From: Candidatus Thorarchaeota archaeon
Lineage (GTDB): Archaea > Asgardarchaeota > Thorarchaeia > Thorarchaeales > Thorarchaeaceae
Assembly: GCA_048882045.1 (NCBI GenBank)
Contig: JBHLRZ010000008.1
Location: 32,001 to 96,000, forward strand
Direction of reading: 5' to 3'
Length of the DNA stretch: 64,000 nucleotides
Within the stretch, counting starts at the first letter, position 1, and each line of letters begins with the position of its first letter. Of this stretch, positions 9,543-18,712 are shown in pieces. Position numbers and translations under genes: made by a program. The notes beneath the pieces are model-generated. The model had not been told where the DNA came from and ran no database searches. It saw nothing but the letters and a program-made list of their open reading frames with translations.

Positions 9543-10013
9543 CTACCAGATTATTCTCCCCATGTCTCTGGCCCGCAATGACTTTGTAAGTTCTCCCAAG
9601 TGATACATACAATGCCGCATAACATAGATGTACTTGTGCAGAATGGACTTGAATCCCCGCCGCGCAAAACCATCGGTTCCTAGCACCTCTTGGTCACTTA
9701 GCCCCTTCAATATCTTCAGTGTCTGCTTCTTAACTCGTTTAACATAATCTTCGAAGAATTCTCGATCTTTCTTCAAGAGTGCCTCTGTTTCTTTTCTCCT
9801 AGAATTCGCGGATACATCGTTTATTGGTGTCCATTCACTTTCCGAATTACTATTGTAGAATTCAATTGCCTCAACAATGTGAAATAGAATGTATGCATAC
9901 ACCCAGTCCTTTTCATCTTCTCTCCAGAAATCGCCATCCATCCTCGAAACAGCTTGGTTAATCATCTTAAAGGTGGAATTCATCTCGAAAACCAGGGTTT
10001 GAACAATTGACAT
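9543..10013 (-). CDS. DinB/YfiT-like four-helix bundle protein
   Basis: N-terminal ILFH and C-terminal HCMYHLGEL (H..YH.G) metal-ligand pattern. Confidence 0.75.
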   Translation of the reverse strand: MSIVQTLVFEMNSTFKMINQAVSRMDGDFWREDEKDWVYAYILFHIVEAIEFYNSNSESEWTPINDVSANSRRKETEALLKKDREFFEDYVKRVKKQTLKILKGLSDQEVLGTDGFARRGFKSILHKYIYVMRHCMYHLGELTKSLRARDMGRIIW

Positions 10014-10212
10014 ATCCTGCTCTCAATAGGTATGTGTCATTAATGTTGCTCCCCCTTTAATCTATATAATCGCCTCCGGAGTACCATCCTTCTTTTTGAG
10101 GGTTAATCGTCAACCTTAAGACCCCGTAGTCGATGGGAAGTTACATACTGTATACAATTGAGCCAATCTCTGGAAACACAAGACTGGCTCTTCCCACGGA
10201 GGACAAGAAAAG

Positions 10213-11379
10213 TTGGCAAGAAAAGTTGCTGTCGTCGCTGGAGGCCACAGCAAATTTGGAAAACGATACGATGCCACGATGAGAGAGCTAAGTGCTGAGG
10301 CCTACAAACCGATCTATGACGAAGGACTCACACAGGATAAGATAGACGCCAGTGTTCTCTCATATGCTGCATCGCAATTCTCTGGACAAGGCGCAGGATC
10401 TGCGTTGATAGCAGACTATCTCGGGTTACAAGACAAACCTCACCTGAGAGTGGAATCTGCATGTACTACTGGAACTGCCAGCCTCAGAGCAGCTTGGGGT
10501 ATGGTGGCCTCAGGCCTCTACGATGTAATGTTGGTGTTGGGTGTTGAACAGATGAATCGTGTATCATCTGCCACTGCAACAGAGTATATGTCACAGGCAG
10601 GTGATATGCGTTGGGAATATCCATTTGGTATCAGTTTCCCTGCATTCTATGCATTGATGGCTTCACGCTACATGAGCGAATATAACATGGAGCATGATAC
10701 ATTGGCTAAGATATCTGTGAAGTCCCACCATTATGGATCACTAAATCCAAAGGCTCATCTTCCGAAAGAAGTGTCTTTCGAAGAAGCGAACAATGCTGTT
10801 CCAATTTGCAGACCGTTGAATCTCTATGATTGTAGTCTTATAACGGATGGTGCTGCCGCTGTCGTCATTGCTGCAGAGGATTGTGTGAAGGAGTTTACTG
10901 ACAGGCCCATGTGGATTAAAGGAATCGGTGCTGGTGCATCAGAAATGATGATTCAGGACCGACCAAGTCTCACCTCGATTCCAGGAGCTAAACGTGCTGC
11001 TAAGGCAGCCTACAAAATGGCTGGAGTTGAACCTAAGGACATCGATATGGCTCAGGTTCATGACTGTTTCTCTATCGCAGAACTCATCGCTTATGAGGAC
11101 TGTGGCTTTGCTGAACCTGGAAAAGGTCCAGAGATGGTTGAGAACAAAGAAATGTATCACGATGGTAGAATTCCTGTGAACTGTGATGGTGGTCTGAAAA
11201 GCAAGGGCCATCCACTAGGCGCCACAGGCGTTTCTATGACCTATGAAATCTTTAAGCAGATGCGTGGAGAGGCTGATTTGCCATCACGACAGATTGACGA
11301 TGTCAAACTTGGACTGGCACACAATGTAGGACAGTCGGGTCAATTTGTCAATGTGTTCATCTTTGAGAGGGGTTGGTAA
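10213..11379 (+). CDS. Thiolase (SCP-x/archaeal type)
   Basis: ESACTTG (catalytic Cys), HDCF, GHPLGATG, AHNVG motifs. Confidence 0.93.
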   Translation: MARKVAVVAGGHSKFGKRYDATMRELSAEAYKPIYDEGLTQDKIDASVLSYAASQFSGQGAGSALIADYLGLQDKPHLRVESACTTGTASLRAAWGMVASGLYDVMLVLGVEQMNRVSSATATEYMSQAGDMRWEYPFGISFPAFYALMASRYMSEYNMEHDTLAKISVKSHHYGSLNPKAHLPKEVSFEEANNAVPICRPLNLYDCSLITDGAAAVVIAAEDCVKEFTDRPMWIKGIGAGASEMMIQDRPSLTSIPGAKRAAKAAYKMAGVEPKDIDMAQVHDCFSIAELIAYEDCGFAEPGKGPEMVENKEMYHDGRIPVNCDGGLKSKGHPLGATGVSMTYEIFKQMRGEADLPSRQIDDVKLGLAHNVGQSGQFVNVFIFERGW

Positions 11380-11382
11380 GAA

Positions 11383-11796
11383 ATGGCTGAACAGAAAGAA
11401 GTCTACCTTGGTTACTCAACAGACAAGGCTGTGACACCATTCCTCCAGAAATTCCTTGAGGCTCTCGATGAAGGAAAACTCATGAAGAGCAAGTGCCCAA
11501 AGTGTGGGGCGGAATATCTACCACCGAGACAGCATTGTCAGAAAGACATGACTGAGTGTGAGCTGATAGAGGAAACTGAACGTGAAGCAAAGCTTTATTC
11601 TTATGTCATTGTGGACTTTGCTCCAGCAAGTCTGTCTTCAAAACAGCCCTATATAGTGGCCATCGGAGAGTTTCCATCAGGGCTTAGATTGACTGCCCAT
11701 ATCACCAACCCGATGGGTCCACCCACCGTCGGCATGCCTCTCAAACTAGCATTTGAAACACAAGACAAGATGACCACCTACAAGTGGCTCGTATAA
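11383..11796 (+). CDS. DUF35 Zn-ribbon/OB-fold thiolase partner
   Basis: CPKCG..YLPPR.HC ribbon followed by an OB fold; directly after the thiolase. Confidence 0.9.
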   Translation: MAEQKEVYLGYSTDKAVTPFLQKFLEALDEGKLMKSKCPKCGAEYLPPRQHCQKDMTECELIEETEREAKLYSYVIVDFAPASLSSKQPYIVAIGEFPSGLRLTAHITNPMGPPTVGMPLKLAFETQDKMTTYKWLV

Positions 11797-11803
11797 ATAG
11801 GTT

Positions 11804-11832
11804 GAGCCTTCGGGCTCTCCCTCTCATTTTTC
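11804..11832 (+). terminator. UUCG-tetraloop hairpin plus T tract
   Basis: GAGCC-TTCG-GGCTC followed by TCCCTCTCATTTTT after the DUF35 stop. Confidence 0.65.
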
Positions 11833-11836
11833 TAGG

Positions 11837-12073
11837 TTAATTTCTCCTTGTTTTAGCTCTGAACGAGATACAACCATTCGGACACTCATCAATGCAATTT
11901 CCACAATCCTTACAATACTGAATGTGCGCAACCTGAGGTTTCTCGTCTAGCTTCTCATAGACACCATACCTACACGTCTTTAGACATGTCCCACACCCAT
12001 CACAACAGGTTTCATCAATTATTGTAGGAATATGTGTCCACCTTTGGCTTTTTACCGGTGATTCATTATCCAT
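11837..12073 (-). CDS. 2x[4Fe-4S] ferredoxin
   Basis: CDGCGTCLKTC and CKDCGNCIDECP motifs. Confidence 0.9.
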   Translation of the reverse strand: MDNESPVKSQRWTHIPTIIDETCCDGCGTCLKTCRYGVYEKLDEKPQVAHIQYCKDCGNCIDECPNGCISFRAKTRRN

Positions 12074-12099
12074 CTTTTGAATGATGCTCTATGTACAAA

Positions 12100-12444
12100 T
12101 TAGTGACTATATTTTGAGAGTGACTCAAGAACTTTGGACCACCTGGTCTGTCTTGATACTTCCTTCAAGGTACTGAAATAGACCAGTAATGCATCATCCG
12201 AATTACAACAATCAATCTTGATCAGAGCATCTTCGATCAAATCTTTAACATCTTCAAACCTACGTCTGCCCTCGTTACGCCGGTAGTCTGAGAAGATGAC
12301 ATAATCTCGTTTTGTGCTCCTCAGTGCGGCGATGAGCTTCGACTCTTCTTGAACTAGAGTTCTGAAATCATAAGTCTTCTGAAGGTTCTCTTTCATAGCA
12401 CTAAGATTCTGTTTCCAGGTTGCCTTTCTATCACCTGAATCCAC
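12100..12444 (-). CDS. Hypothetical helical protein
   Basis: Fills the gap between neighbours. Probable GTG start at 12444 behind GGAG. Confidence 0.6.
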   Translation of the reverse strand: MDSGDRKATWKQNLSAMKENLQKTYDFRTLVQEESKLIAALRSTKRDYVIFSDYRRNEGRRRFEDVKDLIEDALIKIDCCNSDDALLVYFSTLKEVSRQTRWSKVLESLSKYSH

Positions 12445-12626
12445 GTAGTTCAATCTCCGGTTGAGGGGGTAGTAATGACTAGAGTAAACTCGCAATTAAA
12501 TATTAAGTGAAATCCAAGGATTCGGCGCGTTTTCCTCTGGGTCTTAAATGGTTTCAATCCCCAAAATGACTTCCTAATGCTTATTACGTAGCTTGAACCC
12601 TCCGCATTCAATGAGGAGGAAGAACT

Positions 12627-13412
12627 GTGTCTGAACAGGAAGTTCTCTATGAAGTAGCTGATGGAGTCGCAACCATCACAATAAATCGACCTGCGAAATA
12701 CAATGCCTTGAACGGTGCTGTAAGAGAATATCTCACTGATTTCTTGAAGAAAGCGGAAGAGGATGATTCCGTCAGAGTTGTTGTCCTGACAGGGGCTGGT
12801 GAGAAGGCCTTCGCAGCTGGGGCTGACATCTCTCAATTTCCAGGAGTTAACTCCAAAGAAGTACGGCCAGCAGCCAAACAAGGACAGGATATCAGTGTCT
12901 ATATTGAGTCAATGAACAAACCAGTAATCGCTTCTGTAAACGGCATTGCTCTGGGAGGAGGCTGTGAGCTAGCAATGTCCTGCGACATTAGGTATGCATC
13001 CGCAAATGCAAGATTCGGACAACCTGAGATTCTCTTGGGAATCATTCCGGGTTATGGAGGTACTGTCAGACTCCCGCGACTTGTAGGTCTTGGAAATGCA
13101 AAAGAGCTCGTATACACGGGAGACCAGATCAAGGCTGACGAAGCATTACGGATGGGTCTAGTCAACAAAGTGTTTGATTCTGTCGAAGAACTCCATAAAG
13201 GTGTCAAGGAACTCACAGATAAGCTCGTTGAGAGACCTGGTGTCGCAATTAAATTAGCAAAACAATCGCTGAACAGCTCGTGGCAAATGTCTCTTCGTGA
13301 TAGTCTCGCACTCGAGCTGGATGTGTTTTGTCAAACATTCGATACAGAAGACAAGGAAGAGGGTGTGGCAGCTTTTCTTGAGAAGCGAAAAGCTGAGTTC
13401 AAACACAAGTAA
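12627..13412 (+). CDS. Enoyl-CoA hydratase (crotonase)
   Basis: AGADI, GGGCELAMSCD, PEILLGIIPGYGG motifs. Confidence 0.93.
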   Translation: MSEQEVLYEVADGVATITINRPAKYNALNGAVREYLTDFLKKAEEDDSVRVVVLTGAGEKAFAAGADISQFPGVNSKEVRPAAKQGQDISVYIESMNKPVIASVNGIALGGGCELAMSCDIRYASANARFGQPEILLGIIPGYGGTVRLPRLVGLGNAKELVYTGDQIKADEALRMGLVNKVFDSVEELHKGVKELTDKLVERPGVAIKLAKQSLNSSWQMSLRDSLALELDVFCQTFDTEDKEEGVAAFLEKRKAEFKHK

Positions 13413-13505
13413 TCATGTGGACTCAATTAAATGAGTTTGTATATATAGCACCCCACCAATAGTGGAATTGAGGTTTCGGGTGCGTTTATCCTGCGAGGAG
13501 TGAAA

Positions 13506-14270
13506 ATGACAACGAATGCTAAGGAAAAATCAGATGCAAGCAGTGAGAAGATTCAGGACACCAAAGTTGCAGCTGGTCTAGATGTTCTAAAACATGTCAG
13601 GTCCCGACGATCAATACGTGAATTCACAGGTGGAAAGATTCCGGATGATCATATAGAGTTGATTTTGGAAGCAGCACGACATGCTCCAAGTCCTGAGAAC
13701 ATGCTCATGATTCGTTTGATTGTGATTCGAGATGATCAGGGGACAAAGGAGTTTCTCGCTGACATAGCGCAGGAAAACGCCCGAACGGTGTTCGGAAATT
13801 CACCTTTCGAGCTTACAAGCGGGAGGAACTGGTACATTAGTGATGAGTATCGAGCTGGTGTGTTCTCCCGCCTTAGAGAAGGAGAACTGTTCAGATATCC
13901 CGAGAAGAGTGACACAGTGATTGTTGTCTGCGCTAGCAACGCATGGCATGACGCAACAAAGTTGTATCCCAATGAGCTCTTTGGTTCAGTTGTCGCAGGT
14001 ATGGCTATTCAAAATATGTGGATGGTGGCAACTGCGATGGGGTACGGTTGCGGCTATGAGGCTTTAGTCTGTTCAGACGCTCGACATACTGAGATGATAC
14101 GTGAAAGAATAGGGATTCCACCCATTTGGACTCCTCTGACAGCTTTCTGTGTTGGGATCCCGGTATCAAAAAGACATCTTGGACCCAGCCGTCCACCACT
14201 TGAAGGGCTCCTATATGATGAACGATGGGGTAAGCCTTACACACGAATTGCTTTCAGAGAAAAGGATTGA
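13506..14270 (+). CDS. Nitroreductase-family flavoprotein (paralogue 2)
   Basis: Long near-identical blocks with 5747-6508, e.g. LEAARHAPSPENML, PFELTSGRNW, GELFRYPEKSDTV. Confidence 0.88.
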   Translation: MTTNAKEKSDASSEKIQDTKVAAGLDVLKHVRSRRSIREFTGGKIPDDHIELILEAARHAPSPENMLMIRLIVIRDDQGTKEFLADIAQENARTVFGNSPFELTSGRNWYISDEYRAGVFSRLREGELFRYPEKSDTVIVVCASNAWHDATKLYPNELFGSVVAGMAIQNMWMVATAMGYGCGYEALVCSDARHTEMIRERIGIPPIWTPLTAFCVGIPVSKRHLGPSRPPLEGLLYDERWGKPYTRIAFREKD

Positions 14271-14275
14271 GAAAA

Positions 14276-15403
14276 ATGGAAGTCAGAAAAATAGCAGTAA
14301 TTGGTGCTGGTCTTATGGGTACAGGAATCTCATATGTGTCAAGGGCATCTGGATATGAGGTGATTATGACTGATTTGGATGATGACGCAATACAACGAGG
14401 TCTGTCAAGGTTCCTGGGCTATGTGGAATCAGGAATCAAACGGGGAAAGTTATCTCCCGAAGATGGTGAGAAGTTAGTCAGTAAGCTAACCACTACAACA
14501 AACTTGAGCGAGGCAGTCAGTGATGTGGACCTAGTCATAGAGGCAGTCTTCGAAGATATGGATGTCAAGAAGAAGCTGTTCAAAGAAATGGACAGTGTTG
14601 CAAAGCCCCACACAATCCTCGCTTCCAACACATCCTCCTTGAGCATAACCGAGCTTGGTAAAGTGACAAACCGACCGAACAAGGTAGTTGGGATGCACTA
14701 TTTCTCCCCTGTTCCTGCAATGAAGCTTCTAGAGGTCATAGTGGGTAAAGAAACGAATGAGGACACAATTCAAACTGCTTTGGAGGTTGGCGAGAAGCAG
14801 AGAAAGATTACAGTGAAGGCAATCGATAGCCCAGGTTTTATTGTCAACAGACTCCGTGCGCAGATTGGGAGGGCAATATACCAAATCTATGAACAAGGCT
14901 TAGCAAGTGCTGAAGAGATTGACACAGCAATGAAAGAGAAGTTCGGTGTACCGATGGGATCATTGGAACTTGCTGACTTTGTAGGCTTGGATGTATCACT
15001 TGGTACAGGGAGTACTCTTGAGAGAGAATTGGGAGAATGCTACAAGGTTCCTGAAATACTCAAGAAATATGTGAAAGAAGGAAGACTCGGAAGAAAGACT
15101 AGCAAGGGTTTCTATGCATATGAGGATGGACAGAAACGGTCACTTGACGAACCAAAGGGTGCTGATCCGGATTGGTTGGTCACAAGAGTCATCATGCCCT
15201 ACCTTAGGGAAGCCATGATTGAGCTAGAGACTGGAATTGCATCAAAAGAGGACATTGACAAAGCCATGAAATTGGGTTCTAATTACCGAGAAGGGCCCTT
15301 TGAAACCATTGAGCGACTCGGGCTTGATTTGGTGCGTGAAGAGTTGCTGAAACTCCAAAAAGAATTTGGAGATTGTTATAGTCTTCCAAAGATGCTTCAG
15401 TGA
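14276..15403 (+). CDS. 3-hydroxyacyl-CoA dehydrogenase (paralogue 2)
   Basis: GAGLMG, SNTSS, GMHYFSPV, PGFIVNR motifs. Confidence 0.93.
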   Translation: MEVRKIAVIGAGLMGTGISYVSRASGYEVIMTDLDDDAIQRGLSRFLGYVESGIKRGKLSPEDGEKLVSKLTTTTNLSEAVSDVDLVIEAVFEDMDVKKKLFKEMDSVAKPHTILASNTSSLSITELGKVTNRPNKVVGMHYFSPVPAMKLLEVIVGKETNEDTIQTALEVGEKQRKITVKAIDSPGFIVNRLRAQIGRAIYQIYEQGLASAEEIDTAMKEKFGVPMGSLELADFVGLDVSLGTGSTLERELGECYKVPEILKKYVKEGRLGRKTSKGFYAYEDGQKRSLDEPKGADPDWLVTRVIMPYLREAMIELETGIASKEDIDKAMKLGSNYREGPFETIERLGLDLVREELLKLQKEFGDCYSLPKMLQ

Positions 15404-15422
15404 TATAGGGGTGAATAGATTC

Positions 15423-16208
15423 ATGGCAGAGGATTTGGTTATTTATGATGTAGAAGATGCGATTGCGACAATCACGATTAACCGCGTGGAGAAATACAAT
15501 GCCTTCAATCTCGCAGTGAAGGAGTCACTACTCACAATGTTCAAACGAGCAGAGGAGGATCCGTCAGTCCGAGTCGTTGTTGTTACTGGTGCAGGTGAGA
15601 AGGCATTCATCTCTGGAAGTGACATCACAGATTTCGTGGGACGGGATTCGGAGAGCATCAAAGATGTTGTTTGTCCCAGTCGTGATATTGCTGAATACAT
15701 GACATCAATGACTAAGCCAATAATTGCATCCATCAACGGCTATGCACTTGGTGGAGGCTGTGAGCTGGCTTTGGCATGTGACATTCGGTATTCATCATCC
15801 AATGCACAACTAGGTCTTCCAGAGATTAATCTTGGAACAATTCCTGGAAATGGAGGAACTGCAAGACTACCCAGACTTGTTGGTGTAGGAATCGCGAAAG
15901 AACTCATCATGACAGGAGGTCGGATAAGCGCTCAGGAAGCCCATCGAATCGGACTCGTAAACAGAGTCTTTGATTCTCAGGCTGAACTAAGGGAGGGTGT
16001 GATGGAACTCGCAAAGAAACTCTCCGAAATGCCAGGAGTTGCTCTAGGTCTGGCAAAACAGTCAATTCAGAAAGCCTGGGACCTCTCACTCGATGAACAT
16101 CTTGCTTTTGAGCTCGTTGCATTTTGTCAGACCTTTGACACTGAAGACAAAGAAGAAGGTGTAGCAGCTTTCCTCGAGAAACGTAAACCCCACTTCAAAC
16201 ATAGGTAA
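15423..16208 (+). CDS. Enoyl-CoA hydratase (close paralogue of 12627-13412)
   Basis: GGGCELALACD, PEINLG; the C-terminal block FCQTFDTEDKEEGVAAFLEKRK is identical to 12627-13412. Confidence 0.92.
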   Translation: MAEDLVIYDVEDAIATITINRVEKYNAFNLAVKESLLTMFKRAEEDPSVRVVVVTGAGEKAFISGSDITDFVGRDSESIKDVVCPSRDIAEYMTSMTKPIIASINGYALGGGCELALACDIRYSSSNAQLGLPEINLGTIPGNGGTARLPRLVGVGIAKELIMTGGRISAQEAHRIGLVNRVFDSQAELREGVMELAKKLSEMPGVALGLAKQSIQKAWDLSLDEHLAFELVAFCQTFDTEDKEEGVAAFLEKRKPHFKHR

Positions 16209-16212
16209 TGAA

Positions 16213-17148
16213 TTAGGACTTTAGAACCTGAAGGTGTCCATCCTCAAGAAGAACGCGATCGCTCTTTGACAGATGTTCAATGTGCTTATCTAGCATGATT
16301 TCTTCGAAAAGAAGGTAGACCGGATTGGAAATTTTAGGATAGACTATGGGAATTTGAGCTAACTGTTTCACTGTATCTGCTCCTTCCTCAATATGATGTA
16401 GAATTTCTTCGTCACGTTGGTCGAAGTACGCTAAGTAGTTCCTGAGCTGCTCATCAAGCTTCTCTGTTACTGGATCCAAAAGGTGACTGCTAATCCCCAT
16501 TCTGGGCTGCAAATCTATTATTCTCTCAATAGACTTCTTGAAATCTTCTAAATCACTAACGACATTTCCATACCATGGGCCGAAATCTGTGAGGTCTATA
16601 TCCACAAGGAATATCTTCTCAAATCCATTGATGCCAAAACAAGTATGGTCATGAGTATGACCTGGTGAATGGATAGGTATGAGTCGCACCTCACCACAAT
16701 CTATTGGCTTATCGTCACGGAATGTGCCATCAACTATGTAGTCCTCTTTTACATGTGGTAGTTTTGAATTTAGCAAGGTCAGCCATTGATCCTTTGTTTC
16801 GGGATTAACTATTCCAATGGTTTTCATCATGGTCTGAAAGCTTTCAACTGCATCCTTAGCCAATGGGTGACATAATACTTCACAATCGGATACCCGTCGA
16901 AAGTACATTGTGTAACCTTTGTGATCAGCATGATAATGTGAAAGCACGATACGATCGAGGTCTTTGGGTTGGTGGCCTAAGTCTTTGAGAGTTGAAATGA
17001 CCTGCTCTGGATGAGAGCCAGCATCAACAAGAGTGAGAATCTCATCATCAATCAACAGTGTATTTGCTTCTGGAAAACGACCTTCATATTTCCCTCTAAC
17101 AAGATGAACATGTGGTTCAATCTCAATATGAGCAGGATGGTCTAACAT
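16213..17148 (-). CDS. Metallo-beta-lactamase-fold hydrolase with C-terminal winged-helix-like tail
   Basis: SHYHADH, PGHTHDH, D and SSH ligand motifs. Start moved to ATG 17148. Confidence 0.88.
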   Translation of the reverse strand: MLDHPAHIEIEPHVHLVRGKYEGRFPEANTLLIDDEILTLVDAGSHPEQVISTLKDLGHQPKDLDRIVLSHYHADHKGYTMYFRRVSDCEVLCHPLAKDAVESFQTMMKTIGIVNPETKDQWLTLLNSKLPHVKEDYIVDGTFRDDKPIDCGEVRLIPIHSPGHTHDHTCFGINGFEKIFLVDIDLTDFGPWYGNVVSDLEDFKKSIERIIDLQPRMGISSHLLDPVTEKLDEQLRNYLAYFDQRDEEILHHIEEGADTVKQLAQIPIVYPKISNPVYLLFEEIMLDKHIEHLSKSDRVLLEDGHLQVLKS

Positions 17149-17237
17149 TACAATTCGAATGTTTATCAAACAAATAACTGTCATGGTAGGACAATCTATA
17201 TGACGCCCTGTACATATGCACAGTATTGGTGACAGAT

Positions 17238-18695
17238 ATGAGTGACCGTCTGTTCGCAATTTTTGATATTGGCACTACTGGAACACGATCCGTCATTGTC
17301 GACGAAGAGGGACGTGAATTAAGCAAAGCGTATGAAGAATATCCATCTAAGCCCTCTAATCTCAAAACTCATGAACAGCCAGCAGACACATTTTGGAGAA
17401 CTTCTGCAAATACAATGCAACGGGCGCTTTCAGGGTGTACACATGGCGCTGAAGCCATTGTTGGAGTCGTTGTCACAACTACGCGTGATTCTATCACTCC
17501 GATTGATAAGGAAGGTAAACCGCTCGCGCCAACTGTCACTTGGGTAGACAACCGGTCCACAGAGAAGAGTAAGGAGCTAGCGGAACATATCGGCCCTAGA
17601 AACAGTCTCAAAAAGATGATGTGGTTTCTTGAAAACAAACCTGATCTTTTCAAAAAGACACACAAATGGGTACTATTGGATGCTTACATCAATAACAAGC
17701 TGTGTGATGTCTTGGTTAGTTCACCCGCTGATGCTAGATTTGGTCCATTCGATCATGAAAAACTTCAATGGTCCGATGAACTGTGTGAACTCACAGAAAT
17801 TCCAATGGATAAGCTTACTGAGATCGTTGATTCAGGAACTACAATTGGAGATGTAAGCGAATTCGCCGCCAAAGCAACAGGTCTAAGGAAAGGGACTCCT
17901 GTCATAATGGGAAGTGGGGACCAACAGTGTTCAGCCCTTGGAATGGGTGTATTTGAAACAGGACGTGTTAAAGCAACTACAGGAACTGGAACATTTGTCA
18001 TTACACATCTTGAAGAGTATATGGAGGATCCATATGTCATGTTCTGTAATCCCTCCGCTATCCCCGGTAAATGGATTCTTGAAGGAGTTACTCCTGGGAC
18101 CGGTCTGACGTACAAATGGTATAGAGACCAGTATTGCGAACCAGAAATGGCACTTGCCGCTCAAACTCAGAAGGATGTATATCAAATCATAGAATCTTCA
18201 GCAGCCACGGTTCCAGCTGGGAGTGACGGATTGGTCATCTTTCCATTCATGGCATATAATCTAGGAATATTCTATCATCTTGGGTTTGGTCATACCAAAG
18301 CCCATGTAGCCAGAGCCATCATGGAAGCCAATGGCTACAGTATCCACATGTATCTCGAGATGATGGAAGGCATGCTCGATGTTGAATTCACAGAGCTTCG
18401 AATTGATGGTGGTGGTGCTACCTCACCTCTCTGGCGTCAGATCCAGGCTGACTGCACAAACAAGACCGTTCTACTCCCTAAGGTGAGAGACTCCACAGTC
18501 ATTGGTGCTGCGATGCTGGGTACTGTTGGAAGTGGTATCTATGGTGACCATTCGGAAGCATTTGAGAACATGTTTCATGTAGAAGAACGACGTGAACCAA
18601 TTCCTGAAAACGTTGAGGTGTATGAGAAACTATATCCAGTCTTCAACAAGATGGTGATTGCAGAAATGGGTAACATTCTGGACTCTATATCATAG
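17238..18695 (+). CDS. FGGY-family carbohydrate/glycerol kinase
   Basis: DIGTTGTRS, GDQQ, TTGTG, DGGGATS motifs; heads the glp operon. Confidence 0.9.
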   Translation: MSDRLFAIFDIGTTGTRSVIVDEEGRELSKAYEEYPSKPSNLKTHEQPADTFWRTSANTMQRALSGCTHGAEAIVGVVVTTTRDSITPIDKEGKPLAPTVTWVDNRSTEKSKELAEHIGPRNSLKKMMWFLENKPDLFKKTHKWVLLDAYINNKLCDVLVSSPADARFGPFDHEKLQWSDELCELTEIPMDKLTEIVDSGTTIGDVSEFAAKATGLRKGTPVIMGSGDQQCSALGMGVFETGRVKATTGTGTFVITHLEEYMEDPYVMFCNPSAIPGKWILEGVTPGTGLTYKWYRDQYCEPEMALAAQTQKDVYQIIESSAATVPAGSDGLVIFPFMAYNLGIFYHLGFGHTKAHVARAIMEANGYSIHMYLEMMEGMLDVEFTELRIDGGGATSPLWRQIQADCTNKTVLLPKVRDSTVIGAAMLGTVGSGIYGDHSEAFENMFHVEERREPIPENVEVYEKLYPVFNKMVIAEMGNILDSIS

Positions 18696-18712
18696 ATATG
18701 GACACGATGTGA

